Of a DNA stretch of 64,000 bases, positions 1 to 12,194 are shown piece by piece. The DNA is from Guillardia theta CCMP2712. Taxonomy: Eukaryota > Protista > Cryptophyta. The notes under the pieces are model-generated. The model did no database searches, was not told the origin of the DNA, and worked only from the letters and a program-made list of their open reading frames with translations. Positions within the stretch are counted from its first letter, which is position 1. Each line of letters starts with the position of its first letter. The stretch spans positions 401,139 to 465,138 of the forward strand of contig NW_005434658.1 in assembly GCF_000315625.1 (NCBI RefSeq), in the 5' to 3' direction. The position numbers and the translations under genes were made by a program.

Positions 1-1349
1 CCTCCTGCCGGACCCGAACAGGAGGCTTGCGACTCCTTATCCAGCTGAGATGGAGCTGAGCTGGGATTGTGCCAAACCCGTTGGGCCCGGCAACAGTCCC
101 AGTCTCTGCCACTTTCTCAACCCAGAAGAGATCAAACCCGTTTCCCTGTGGTCAACTTTCAGTCTCACAAAACCGTGACGCGGCATGGCCTCCAACCTGC
201 AGCAACGCAAAAACCTGCCACAGTTCACCCCAAGTCTTGAGCCTCTTTGAGACGTCATCGAGGTGCAGCTCTAGCAGGATCTGAGCAGAGATCAGCCCAA
301 AATTACGAGTCGCTGCGCAGCATACCTGGTCGACCTGATGGAGGACAGACGTCGGCTCTGACTGGAAAATCTTCATCATCCCATCCCACTCGCATCCTAA
401 CAAGCTTCAGATCCGAACATGTCTCCGAGAGGCCCTTACCATTGCAGTCGAACTTGAGGAGGTCCACCTGACAGCCGGAGTGCTCGGTGGTCCGAGCAAA
501 CAAGCACAACTCGGGCTCTGTTGACTTGATCAGAGTCTGAAGGCCGTCCACCCTCTTGGAAGTTGCCTGGAGCACTGATAGGTCAGTCTGAAGCAGAGCA
601 AGTAAAGAAGCGCACTTCATAGATCATCGACTGCGCCATCCAGTTTGACCCTCCAACGATCCTCCACCCTGGGCCAACGGCTGCGATGTCGTACCCAGGG
701 TGCAGCTTCGAGTTGTACTTTTCTTTGACGTTGTCTGTCTTCTCTAATTTGAACCTCTTGAGCTTCACAGATGCGCTCTCCTCCCCGCTCCCAAGGCCTT
801 GGTTGTGAAAGTTGACCTGGAGAACGGATCAGCTCCATAGCAAGCGGCACAGGCCGGATCGGTCACCCATCCTTCGAAGTGGGTGGAGTCCTGACTAAAG
901 TCGTTCTGGAAGAACTCGACTTGGTGGTCGAACCCATCAACCTTGCAGCCAAACTTTCTTGCAAGCTCGATCTCAAACGATGGGTCCAGCCCTATCCCCA
1001 CACTCAGCACCCTACAGTCTACCTGTACCAGTCCCAGTGACGAGAAGCTCTGCGATGAAGTGACGCCGACTTGACTGAGCCTGTTTCCTAACGGCCCATC
1101 AAGACATACCATCCACCCCTGATGCCCTTCCGCCCCTATTCTCATCGGCCGAAGACAATCGTACATGACCTCCCCGTTCAGCATTCGCTGCAGCAAGACC
1201 TCTTCGACGGACTTGTGCGTACCCATGGACACTGAGATGCTCCCTGCGTTCGACGCGATGAGAATCGCGAGTACGACGTTTGACAGGAGAAGGACAGCTG
1301 CTGCTGTCTTGAACGAGATCTGCAGCTTGTGATTCATCAATGTCTGCAT
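1..1349 (-). CDS. METTL24-like (Methyltransf_22) SAM-dependent methyltransferase, type II membrane-anchored; multi-exon, 3' end runs off the window
   Basis: N-terminal hydrophobic anchor (AAAVLLLSNVVLAILIA). Family-like motifs RIG..GHQGWMVCLD, CRVLSVGIGLDPSFE, GCKVDGFD, LLKFDC, QILLELH, spread over GT-AG spliced exons. Last exon (GFDLFWVEK...LSWIR) is open to position 1. Confidence 0.7.
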
Positions 1350-1584
1350 CCTCCTACGAAACGACAGGCAAAACGTCAGACTTGCATAGCAAGGGCAGCA
1401 GCAAGCAAGCTGGTGGAGAACGCGAGTGAGGACATCTGCATGTGGTCAACTCACTTGGGCAGGTCTGTTTCAGCCTCCTCCATCTCCCTCCTCCTCCTCA
1501 GCCATCGCGTCGAGTCACGCACCATCCCCTTCGATCCTGCTTGTCCCACCATCCTGACTGTCGGGGACCCCACAGACCCTCACT

Positions 1585-1800
1585 GACACGGGAATTCTTG
1601 AAGCCCGGGCGCCCCGGGCCGGCCGCGGGCCCGGACTGGGCAGCACCGGCAGCGGCTCCGCCGCCGCTGCGCAGTCAGGCGGCCAGGTTCTGTGAACTAG
1701 ACTGCGGCTCTGAGTCAGCCGCCGGGCGAGGTCGGATGGCGGCCGGACTGCCGCCAGGCTGCGGCCGTGAGACCGTGGCTGCCGAGAATGTAGTTTACTG
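1585..1800. other. GC-rich intergenic island rich in CCGG/GGCC/TGAGTCA words
   Basis: Non-coding, dense short palindromes (cccggg, ggccggcc, ccgcgg, tgagtca). Same composition as other islands in the window. Confidence 0.6.
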
Positions 1801-1972
1801 AAACTTTATTCTCTCCAGGTTGGACCTTGAAAGAAGGCATGCAATCAAATTGTCCTTCTGCAACGACTGCCCCCGCGAATACTGGAAAATTCTCAAGCCA
1901 TCGAAACCTGCAAGATCAGTAGGCCGTTGGCAAACGGTGACGGTGCACAGTAGTAACACGCGTGTGCTGATG

Positions 1973-2986
1973 TTAGAGGACTACACCATGCTTCTTCGCG
2001 GCTTCCTCGATGATGCTCTTGTGAGAGGCGTACAGCTTCAGATCCGGGACGATGTCCATCCAGCATACCGCCCCTGCGTCATCTCCCGCTTCCAGCTTAA
2101 TCTCCGCTGCTATCGAGTCGTCCACGTGAAAGTTCATGGCGACCGTCTCCATCCATGCGTTGTCAGTGTTCCTGGGATCGTCGACGTAGCCCTTGAAGAT
2201 CTCGATGCCATGGGCAAACATCTCATCGATCTTAGCCATGATCTTGTCTGCCTCCTCCTTCGACTTGCTGTTCAGGTCCATGGCTTCCTCCCCGAACTCT
2301 CTCTTCAGGGTCAGAGACACCGTCTCTCCGGCCTCTACCATGCCTCCTGGGATCGCCCATCCTCCTCCGTCCTTCCTCTTGATGGCGATGAACTGCAGTT
2401 TGCCCTCGAGGAATCTCGTGACGATTGGATCCGCGGCATGATTCGGGCCCCACCTGCCTAGGAGCCCCCGGCCTGTCATCCCAGTCCGCCCGACGGGATT
2501 CAACGGTCTCCCAGTCTCTTTGTCGATCTTGTACTCGCCCGTGAAAGACTGCCTGTCAATCTTGCCGTCGATCTTGTTGAAGGAGATAGTGGACGCGTCC
2601 TGGCTGTCAGCCCATACGGGTCCAGCAAGAACCGATGTGGCAGTGTACTCCACGGGCTGGTAGTCACTCCAAGGCTTGTCGAACTTGACATGCTCGTCGG
2701 GCACGTGGGCTCTCTTCACTTCTGAGCCGGGATAAGAGAGCTTCTCCACGGCATCATCCAGACCCCTGGCCTTGTAGTGTAGCATGCGGCAGATGGAGGC
2801 TGTCCTGGAACCTGAAAAAGGCAAATGAGATGTGAATGCGAAGGTGCAAGTTCTGCTTCTTGACACTATCTTATCCTTGATCCCCCATCCGAACGCAACG
2901 TTGCCGATCGAGAGGGAGCCCACCACCAAACTCCTCCAAACCACTTGCTTCGTCACAGCAGCAGCGCGGCAAACACAGGGAGGCAT
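1973..2986 (-). CDS. NUDT9: ADP-ribose pyrophosphatase, NUDT9 family (Nudix hydrolase)
   Basis: [41 protein letters not shown]...LKREFGEEA Nudix box, [28 protein letters not shown]-terminal extension and start are uncertain. Confidence 0.93.
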   Translation of the reverse strand: MPPCVCRAAAVTKQVVWRSLVVGSLSIGNVAFGWGIKDKIVSRSRTCTFAFTSHLPFSGSRTASICRMLHYKARGLDDAVEKLSYPGSEVKRAHVPDEHVKFDKPWSDYQPVEYTATSVLAGPVWADSQDASTISFNKIDGKIDRQSFTGEYKIDKETGRPLNPVGRTGMTGRGLLGRWGPNHAADPIVTRFLEGKLQFIAIKRKDGGGWAIPGGMVEAGETVSLTLKREFGEEAMDLNSKSKEEADKIMAKIDEMFAHGIEIFKGYVDDPRNTDNAWMETVAMNFHVDDSIAAEIKLEAGDDAGAVCWMDIVPDLKLYASHKSIIEEAAKKHGVVL

Positions 2987-3169
2987 GACGTGGAAGGGTC
3001 GAGCAAGCAGGGGAGAGCTAGCAGGGAGCTGTTTCCATCAGAGGCATGTGCTCTCAGCCTTGTCTGCTGCTCTCTCCCTTCCTCCTCGGCAAAGTTGCGA
3101 TGATGCCATGACAGGTCACTGGTACCCGCAACTTCGGCGAAATTACTCATCAAGGAAGTTACAGTAGAT

Positions 3170-3230
3170 AAATCCGTTACACAACCGTTGAGTTAGAAGT
3201 TAACACTGTCGTTATGAATCCGTTACCATT
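3170..3230. promoter_or_regulatory. Cluster of CCGTTA/CCGTTG (AACGG-core, Myb-like) sites in the divergent NUDT9 / ependymin-like promoter
   Basis: ccgttac at 3174 and 3220, ccgttg at 3185, cgtta at 3210. A similar cluster lies at 43929-44003. Confidence 0.4.
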
Positions 3231-3339
3231 GGCATCATGCACAGTTTGTGTGGAGCGGTGAAGAGCCGCGATAGCGCTGGACGCGCATGTTGAGTCGAAC
3301 GTCTCCTCCTCTCTCATAGTTTCATCCTCCATCTACATC

Positions 3340-4119
3340 ATGCTTCCTCGCTCTTCAGCGCGTTCCCTGAGCGTCTACCTGGCTGTCTTTGTCCTCTCCT
3401 GCTCCCATGTCCTTACCGCGAACGATGACGATGCGGATGGAGGCGGAAAGGTCAAGCTCAAGTTCTCGTATCCTCGAAGGGTACCGAGAGTTTCTATGTC
3501 AACAATCAACAGCATGAACAAGCTCATGCCGCCCAAGCCAGCGAGTTGGCCGACCGCGTTCAGCATCAAGTTCAGAACAAACATTACCCAGGGCTCAACC
3601 AAACAGCAGAGGGAGGGACTTTTGTGGTATGATGCGAGCCAAGGTCAAAGGATTTTTCACCAGAGAGGAAGTTCTGAGTGTGTACAATATTACAAGACGA
3701 AGGAAAACTGCTCGCTGGTATTCAACTCAGAAGGAATGTACGCTCTGGTGTCAAGCTCCTCCTCCTCGTCGTCGTCGTGCTGCCTGGACCTACCCAACTT
3801 CCATGCGCCGAGGCCCAACTGGACACAAACGAAGCACACCTTTATCGAGACTAAGAAGATCAATGGCAGGATGTGCCATGGATTTCGCTATGCCGAAACT
3901 TCGTTTTCGCGCAGCCATGCTGCTAAAGGACATGTGTACTGGCAGGATGTCAAGACGGGGCTGCCTTGCGCATTCATGTTTGACGATTCAGACTTTGATT
4001 GGTACTTTGACGTTACCTCGGTCTTGTACGGACCGCAGGACGCAAAGCTCTTTGCTGTGTCTGCAGAGTGCATCTCTCAAAAATGTTCCACAGACGCGTC
4101 CCGGTCCTCTGTCGCCTAG
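3340..4119 (+). CDS. Secreted ependymin-related (EPDR-like) protein
   Basis: Intronless 259 aa ORF with signal peptide. WPTAFSIKF, G.LWYD, conserved Cys incl. CCL..P...PRPNW, ING..C..F, YWQDV..GLP, F.V...C pattern. Confidence 0.55.
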   Translation: MLPRSSARSLSVYLAVFVLSCSHVLTANDDDADGGGKVKLKFSYPRRVPRVSMSTINSMNKLMPPKPASWPTAFSIKFRTNITQGSTKQQREGLLWYDASQGQRIFHQRGSSECVQYYKTKENCSLVFNSEGMYALVSSSSSSSSSCCLDLPNFHAPRPNWTQTKHTFIETKKINGRMCHGFRYAETSFSRSHAAKGHVYWQDVKTGLPCAFMFDDSDFDWYFDVTSVLYGPQDAKLFAVSAECISQKCSTDASRSSVA

Positions 4120-4283
4120 TGGGAGGCTGCGAAGGAGAACTTGGGCTTTCATTCAGAAGTTCAAATCATTGGAAAAAATAAATTCTTGTTGAGTCTCAGC
4201 ACAGCAACTTGATCGGACCGCAACATGAAAAAACTTTCTGTTTGTCGAAAACTCTTCTTGAAATTATGGAATGTTGCTGGCCG

Positions 4284-6138
4284 CTACTTTGAAAAGAAAT
4301 TGAAAGGCCAGAGGAGCGAGCCTCCCCTCCTAGTATCACCTTCCGCCGCCTTCCCCTGTCCTCCTCCGCTGCCCAAGATCGGAGATAGCCCGATGCTCGT
4401 CGAGATCTCGTCCAACGTCCGCACTACCTGATCTGCCGTCGGCCTGCGCCTCCTGACAGGGACAGGTCAACCACTCAGCTCACACCTACAGCCAGTTGTA
4501 CCTGTCCGCATTCCAGCACTTCTCAATGAGCTGTCTCAGTTTCCGTGGGACGCTCTCGAACGGTTCGACGTCCAGAGGAGGCCTCCTCCCGTCCTGCGCA
4601 AGGAGGTCAGGGACCAGGAATCGCACTTGGTGTACATGCTCCACCTGCCAAAAGATCGGCAACATGCCGTCCAGATTTGGCACATCGTGGAATGGGATGT
4701 CACCAACGATGAGCTCCCACATCAGCAGCCCGAGACTGGGTCATGACGTCAGCACAGCTGGGACGGGAGCTTCAGCGTTCTACACCTGAACACATCGCTG
4801 GCTGGCGTGCATTTCCCTTGCAAGAGGGTCTCGGGGGCGATGTAGGGGTACGTCCCAGCCTTGCCTACCTTGGTGGTGGCATGCCCCACGGTCTGCAGAC
4901 TAGGATCCGTCCGGAGAGCAGCTAGGCCCACGTCGCAGAGCTTGCAGACGATGGTCGAAGGCTTCCCGGATGTGAGCTTCTCGGACAGGAGGACGTTCTC
5001 TGGCTTCAGATCCCTGTGGACGATGCTGACGAACTTGTTGGTCCCAAAGACGTCATGCTCAGGAGCATGCAGGCCGCGTAATGCCATGGCGACTTGTCGC
5101 ATGATCGTGAAAGCGAGAGGGAGAGGGAGCCTCTGACCTGGCGGTTACGTCAGCTCAGGGATCATGGATCAGCAAGGGGCGATCAATGACGTGCCTTTGC
5201 GCTTCATCACCAGCAGGTTGTCGCGGAGGCTTCCTCCTTTCATCAGCTCCATGCATATTTGCACGACGATCTTCGCATCAGCTTGATCATGTTGCAAAGA
5301 GAAGCCGTAGAAGTCAACGACGCCACACTCTGGCCTCTTGGAGAGGTAGTCCAACACCTTGAGCTCGTGTAGCCAATTCTTGAAGAAGTTGGTCTGCCTT
5401 TCCCCCATCCCGGCGATGAAAGAGAAAACCTTGCATGCACAAGGACCGTTCTGCTGAGACCTAGATGACGAGCAGGAAGGCCGGGGAGCGTCTGCTTCAT
5501 AGACTATCGCGAACCCCCCGGCTCCTAGTTGCCGCTTCTTCTTGATAGCAGCGTGCTCGATGGTGGGATTCGGCAGAGTGCCAATTCGATTGTTGAGCCT
5601 GAAATCGCAAGTATGAGGGAGACAGGAACGAGGGGGGAAGGCCATACCCGGCTGTCAGTGCATCAAACTCGTTCTGGTCGTCATAGTCCTCGCTTGCCCA
5701 CAGCGGCTCTCCGTCCTGAGGGCACTCCTGCGCCAGCAGCGACATCTGGGAAGGGGTCAGGGCTCCTTTTACAGCCTCCATGGCAGGTACCTTTGTGTTG
5801 CGATGCCTTTCCCGCCAGAGCATCCGAGGGGAGAGGAGACACGCAACAAGGCAGGCCAGCACGCCATCGAAGCAGCCATTGCCGGTGTCCCGCCGTGCTC
5901 CCCCCCTCAGGCCCAGGCGCAGGGGGGCCGTCGTGCGTGAAGGACAGCAGGTTGCGCCATGAGAGGACGGAGAGAGATCCTTGACATGAGGATGACGGAC
6001 ATGGTCATGCAAGTGAATGCCGCAGACAGAAACAGCAAAGGATACGCAGAGGAAGGCAACGAGCCTGACCTCTCCCTTGCGCCTGATGTCGTGCCTAGCG
6101 CCGTACAAGCCGCATCTCGTCATAGAGGGGCTCGTCAT
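4284..6138 (-). CDS. Ser/Thr protein kinase (TKL-like) with N-terminal signal peptide and LRLGLRGG leader; multi-exon
   Basis: LGAGGFAIVY, CACK, alphaC Glu (LHELKVL), IVHRDLKPENVLL, CDVGLA, GTYPYIAPE, SDVF, MWELIVGDIPF, CWNAD.RRRPT. Stop TAG at 4284-4286. Confidence 0.88.
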
Positions 6139-6414
6139 GCTCCCTGTGGCCCGTCTACCCCCTCAATCGCATCCTCACGCTTCTGCCGATGAGATCTGCA
6201 TGGAAGGAAGTGCCGCTCAACCGCTCGTCCCTCGCCCCCTGTGCATTCTCGCCACCCTCTCCATCTGAGAGCTATGCTGCATTGTGGGATATCATATTTT
6301 TACTCAACTGTGGACTAGGAAAAGATGGCAGAGGGAAAGGACTGCCATTCATCGATGGATGGCAGAGGAGGAAGGAAGGGAAGGAGGAGAGGGATACAGG
6401 GCAAGAGAGGAAGC

Positions 6415-6485
6415 TGAAGGGAGCACAGGGAGGAGGGCTTGTTGAAGGGAGCACAGGGAGGAGGCTTGTTGAAGGGAGCACAGGG
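6415..6485. repeat. 2.5 copies of a 27-28 bp tandem repeat (tgaagggagcacagggaggagg(g)cttgt)
   Basis: Read directly, in the divergent kinase/VAC14 intergenic region. Confidence 0.85.
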
Positions 6486-6544
6486 TCCTTGCGAGAGAGA
6501 GAGAGGAAGGGGGAACGAAGGCAGAGGAAGGTCGAGGTGTGAGT

Positions 6545-9526
6545 ATGTTGAACCATCCCCTTCAAGAGAACCTCATCCCAGCGGCGACTCTCAGGAATCT
6601 CAGCGATCGGGTATATGAGAAGAGGAAGGCGGCAGCTCTCGAGATCGAGAATCTCGTCAAGGAGCGCATGGAGAGTCCGTTGGGGGGGCGGCAAGACATT
6701 GAGAGGATCCTCACCGTCCTCGGCAACGACTATGCGCTGTCCAGCCAGGCAAACCTCCGCAAGGGAGGTCTGATCGGGATGGCAGCAGCGGCGCTCGGGC
6801 TGGGAGCAGATGCATGGAGGTAGTCTGAGCATGGCATGTTGTCTTCGGCAGCTCATGAGAGTGTAGGTGGTTGACCTTGTTGCTACCCCCCATCCTCAAC
6901 TGCTTCATGGATCAAGACAGCCGTGTCAGATATTACGCCTGCGAGGCCTTGTACAACGTGGCCAAAGTGACCAAGACGAGGATCTTGAATCATTTCAATC
7001 AAGTCTTCCGAGGGCTGTGCCAGCTGTGTGCAGACGCTGATCAAGTAATGGACGTGGTGCCATGGTGGGTTGCCTGACAAGTCCGCAGGGGGTGAAGAAC
7101 GGGTCGCAGCTTCTTGACCAACTCCTCAAGGTCTACTTGCTCGCACATCATGCGGCGCTCACCCGTGCCGTAGGACATCATCGCAGAAAGCACCTCCTGG
7201 AACATCTCGGAATTCATCCCGGTCGAGCAAGTTATGTGTTGTGAATGTGACGAGTTGACATGCAAGTCACCAGGTCTTGAAAGAGCACCTGGAGCACACG
7301 GGCAGCTACGTGCGGCACTTCCTCCTCGGTTGGATCGCAACGCTGCAGTCCATCCCTCATTTCGAGATCCATAAGGTTCAGTGTTTCCTTGCGGGGTCTG
7401 GTGCGGGTGACGGGCCTGGCTTGCAGTACCTCTCTGAGATTCTCTATGGTGTAATCATTATGTTGGATGATGACAACAAAGAGATCAGACAGCAGGCCGA
7501 TAGGTGACGTCGGCAAGACATTCTTTGTTGATTCCTGTCTAAAGCCTTGGTTCTAGTGTATTGTCGCACTTGCTGCGAACTTTGCAGTCTTCAGAAGGTG
7601 ATGCTTAGAGGTTTGCGGTGTTTAAACTCAGATTTGTGGATTGTTCAGATATCAATTACAATCATATCATGCCTGTTCTTGTAAGATGCGCCACGTTGTC
7701 TCCACCGAAAGAATACGGAATGAAGGCGGTAAGTTTGGATTGAACGTCTTGCTCTGCTCCTCCAAAGGGTCAAATTGAAGCATTGGTGATTATGCCGAAT
7801 GTCATCAGAACGAGTCAAGTGCGTCGTTGGATCAATACTCAAAGAATGAAGGTGAAATCTTGCTAATGAAGTCTATACCCCCGACTGTCTGGCAGACCTG
7901 GTCAACCGAGTCGCTTTGATGTGGATCGTGCAGCTCATGGAGAAAGGAAAGAAGAGGGTAGAAGACCAACATCCGTGTCCTGCGCAATATTAACGATGAT
8001 GCTAGATTCTTCCCTTTACCGGCGAGCTTGTTCGGATGCTGCTGATGGTGACCGGTTCGGATGGTTGGTATGATTCTCACTGGTGTGAAGGCGGAGGAGA
8101 GCAGCGACAAGGTCAGGGAGTTGTCGAGCGAGATCGACGACGCTCTCCGGCAGCTGCTGGAGGAGGAACAGAGAAGAATTGAGAGCCCCAAAGGTGAGGA
8201 AGAAGGATTGTCATCTAGGCTGATACGCTGAGATGCATCAGCAACCTCTGGACCGACTGTTGAGGTCGGGGGAGGATTTGACATCGTGGAAGTTGCGAGT
8301 GCTGTGATAGCATATCTGAAAGCTCCGCTGGTAGCTAGCAAGGCCTCTTGCTGGTGTAAGATGATGACGCGTCCAGGTGGGCAGCAGGCTGAAGGCCCTG
8401 TCGTGGTTCGATCTGCTCGTCGACATGATGGAGACTTGCCGGGCTGACCTCAGGACCAACCTGCTCGCTGCTCTGATTCACGCGCTGCACGATGAAGAGT
8501 CCGAGGTCAGAGAGGGCCCGCATGTGATCCGCCCTTGTGACGGGGAAGCAGGTGGTTTCCAAGTCCCTGAGGATCCTGCGGAAGCTGTCCAACAAGGGAT
8601 GGGGAGATGTGCTGCCCATGATTGTCAACGCCATGATCCAGTTCTTTCAGTCAGATCCCGCCATTCTTCAGGTGAGATGCCCTGAGTGCTCTACATGAGG
8701 GGTGAAGACGCACCTCTTCCGCACAGGAGAGGAGCGGAAAGATACTGAGAGAGCTTTCCGTCATCTTGGACTCTGAAAGCGTGTACCTGGAGTTCGCCAA
8801 GGCGCTGGACGGGAAGGAGGACGACCTGGGCTCGAGGATCATCGTTGAGAAATTGACCATCATCCTGCTATCAGTGAGTGCACGTCGAGCTCCCCTGACT
8901 TGAGACTTCTGACACGTCCTCAAGGTACCCGAGCTCTCTCCCTTCAGGAACAAACTCATCGGTTCGAAGCCCAAACTGCTCTCGCAACAGAATCTCAGCA
9001 TCGAGAACGAGCAAGGTCGGGCCCTGGCGTCCCGCGCTGAAGGAGAGTTGGATCTCTTTGCTTCCCTCCTTCCAACCTGGATGCACGTACCGGCATGCGC
9101 TCTTGCTCTCAGCCTGCTGGCTGGCAAGTACGAGCAGTCGTACGAGCTGGTTGTGGAGATGGGGGATAGGATGCGAGACCTTCCTGGGGAAGAGACCATC
9201 TCCATCCTCATCCAGTTGGATCAGCTTGTGCAGCTCATAGAATCCCCGGTGTTTGCTCCCATGAGGATGCAGCTGCTCGAACCGGCCGAGGTGGGTCGAC
9301 CCTTCCATCATCTCTCGCCATGCTGTACTCACTTCCTCCCAGCACCCGTACCTGATCAAGACCATGTTCGGGATCCTGATGCTCCTGCCTCAGAGCGAGG
9401 TGAGCCGTCTGACCGCGGCTGATGCTGTGCTGAAGGGTTTGCTCTATCCAGGCCTTCGACATCCTACGAAAGCGTCTCAAGAGTGTGCCAGCCCTGGCGA
9501 TGCTGGCGTTGTACAGACCGAAGTGA
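6545..9526 (+). CDS. VAC14: VAC14 homolog (PIKfyve/FIG4 scaffold, HEAT repeats); many short introns
   Basis: LSDRVYEKRKAAALEIE, ANLRKGGLIGMAAAALGLG, DQDSRVRYYACEALYNVAKV, LIQLDQLVQLIESPVFAPMRMQLLEP, MFGILMLLPQS.AF..L..RL. 3' end approximate. Confidence 0.95.
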
Positions 9527-9620
9527 AGAAGATAACCAGATGCAATCCTCCTGCTTCATCATCGAGCTTGCAATCGTCTTTCCCTCCCTCCCTCCCTCCC
9601 TCCCTCCCTCCCTCCCTCCC

Positions 9621-9720
9621 NNNNNNNNNNNNNNNNNNNNNNNNNNNNNNNNNNNNNNNNNNNNNNNNNNNNNNNNNNNNNNNNNNNNNNNNNNNNNNNN
9701 NNNNNNNNNNNNNNNNNNNN
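9621..9720. other. Assembly gap (100 N) after a (CCCT)n tract
   Basis: N run. Confidence 1.
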
Positions 9721-9996
9721 AAGGCATCGCAGGGGTGGGGTAGTCATTTTTCCCACAAAGAGAGCATTTAGTGCAAGGGGTGTAGAATCATTCGCTGCTG
9801 CGCTCTCCCCCTCCCCCCTCCCACGCCCCCGGCCTCCCGCCCCTCCCTCCGTCTCTCCTTCCCAAACTCCTCCTCCTCCTCCTCACAATCTGAACCTTCT
9901 ACATCCAGGAAGTCATTGCTCATCACAACTCCTTTGCGGTTCCCTGGACCCTGCTTTCTTAGCTTCTTCAGTCAGTCTCCTTCTCCGTCTTCTGCC

Positions 9997-10974
9997 ATGC
10001 AGCTGTACATGGATTTGATCTGGCTGATCGTGAAGCAAGAGTCAATCTGCGATCACCGCCTCCTCAACTTCCAGCAAGTTCAAGACTTTCTCGTGGCTCA
10101 TTTCCCTGACCGCATCGTCAAAGTGTTCCTGCGGGAGCCTTCTCCTCCCACCTACGATATGATGTTGGCCAACGAGCGACTCATGTTCAAGGAGTGCGAC
10201 ATGAAGATCTTTCCTTGCTGGCAAGGCAGAGGTAGAGTTAGGCATCAAGGCGGGTGGATCGAGTACTTGTGGGCGAGGACAAGCGTGCTTCCTATCTCCA
10301 GTAGCCTAGTTCCTCGCCTTTACCCCGAGGGGTCTCTTAAGCTTGCAAACAGTCTTGCGAGGCTGGCCGACAACGTCGTCACGCTGCATGACCAAGGAGT
10401 TGCCTATCTGAGCTTGTCTAGCGTCTACCTCTGCGTGTGTGAGGACACGTTGGACTTCTGCCTTGTCGGAGCTGAATATGTTCAGAACCTGGGGAGGGAC
10501 TTGGAACTGAGCTACGAATATCCTGACTGCGACGATGCAGCGTTTCCAGAGAGCTTCCGTGAGAGGTTGGAGCGCATGATAACGAAGAGGAGTGGTATCC
10601 TCGTGATCGAGCTCAAGCGCTATGCCCTTTGCTCCATCTTATGGAGGGCGATCGGAGAATGCACGGCGCACTTCTCGGTAGACGTCAAGACGCTGCTGAA
10701 AGGAGCTCTGTGCATGGCGCAGCGACCGGCAGCTTGCTGGACCCTTCTGAACCTCATGAGGAAGTTTCTTGCGCAGGAAGAGGCTCAGGAGAGCATCGAC
10801 CGCTGCTCTGCTTTCTTCGACAGGACGAAGATGCTAGCTTACATGCACTACTATTATCGAGCCGTTGCCTGCAAGGGCAGCATGCAAAGCAGCAGGCTGG
10901 GGCTCTTTGAAGAGAGCCTTGCAATCTTGATAGACCTTGACAGTGTGCAGAACAGAATCGAAATGCCTCTGTGA
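9997..10974 (+). CDS. Intronless hypothetical protein with a degenerate protein-kinase-like fold (putative pseudokinase)
   Basis: IVKVF (beta3 Lys), ANERLMF (alphaC Glu), LHDQGVAYLSLSSVYL aligning with LHxxGIVHRDLKPxNI, FCLVGAE in place of KLxDFG. First ATG at 9997. Confidence 0.55.
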   Translation: MQLYMDLIWLIVKQESICDHRLLNFQQVQDFLVAHFPDRIVKVFLREPSPPTYDMMLANERLMFKECDMKIFPCWQGRGRVRHQGGWIEYLWARTSVLPISSSLVPRLYPEGSLKLANSLARLADNVVTLHDQGVAYLSLSSVYLCVCEDTLDFCLVGAEYVQNLGRDLELSYEYPDCDDAAFPESFRERLERMITKRSGILVIELKRYALCSILWRAIGECTAHFSVDVKTLLKGALCMAQRPAACWTLLNLMRKFLAQEEAQESIDRCSAFFDRTKMLAYMHYYYRAVACKGSMQSSRLGLFEESLAILIDLDSVQNRIEMPL

Positions 10975-11268
10975 AACTGAACCTCGAAAGCAGAGATCAA
11001 CTTTTGTTTCGAATCCTTGCTGTTGAATTCCGATAGGTGATCTCAACCCGACTCTCTTGTATTCATAAAACTCTTGCTAGACTAGAATAAAATCTCAAAA
11101 ACGTTTGAAATATCTCGGAAACTTCAGTGAGATGCTAGGAAGTTGCAAGGTTGGTTCATTCCTTGCTGTTGGAAAACTCATCACATGCAAGTCATGACAA
11201 GTCACTGCCGCAGAGGACCCGCCCCAAGGAAGACAACTGAGAGGAATCGAAGAGAGGAATCGGCCTCA

Positions 11269-11368
11269 ATCGAACCATGGTTCTTGTTTATTTCCTTAAT
11301 TCATATCAAAGTAATCAAATCGAACCATGGTTCTTGTTTATTTCCTTAATTCATATCAAAGTAATCAA
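11269..11368. repeat. Perfect 50-bp tandem duplication
   Basis: atcgaaccatggttcttgtttatttccttaattcatatcaaagtaatcaa x2. Each copy contains the 12-bp palindrome GAACCATGGTTC. Confidence 0.95.
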
Positions 11369-11467
11369 CATCCTTGCTTGCCGACGAGACACGTCGCAAT
11401 TAGTGCTAAAGAGCGGATTATGTAATCCCTGTTCTACCCCTATTCACAATTCGAAACCCACCGCCGG

Positions 11468-12194
<727 letters not shown>

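Noticed and set aside
6415-6485. CRISPR-like repeat-spacer pattern (also considered 11269-11368 and 26990-27140)
   Set aside because: Direct tandem repeats without unique spacers; no cas genes; eukaryotic context.
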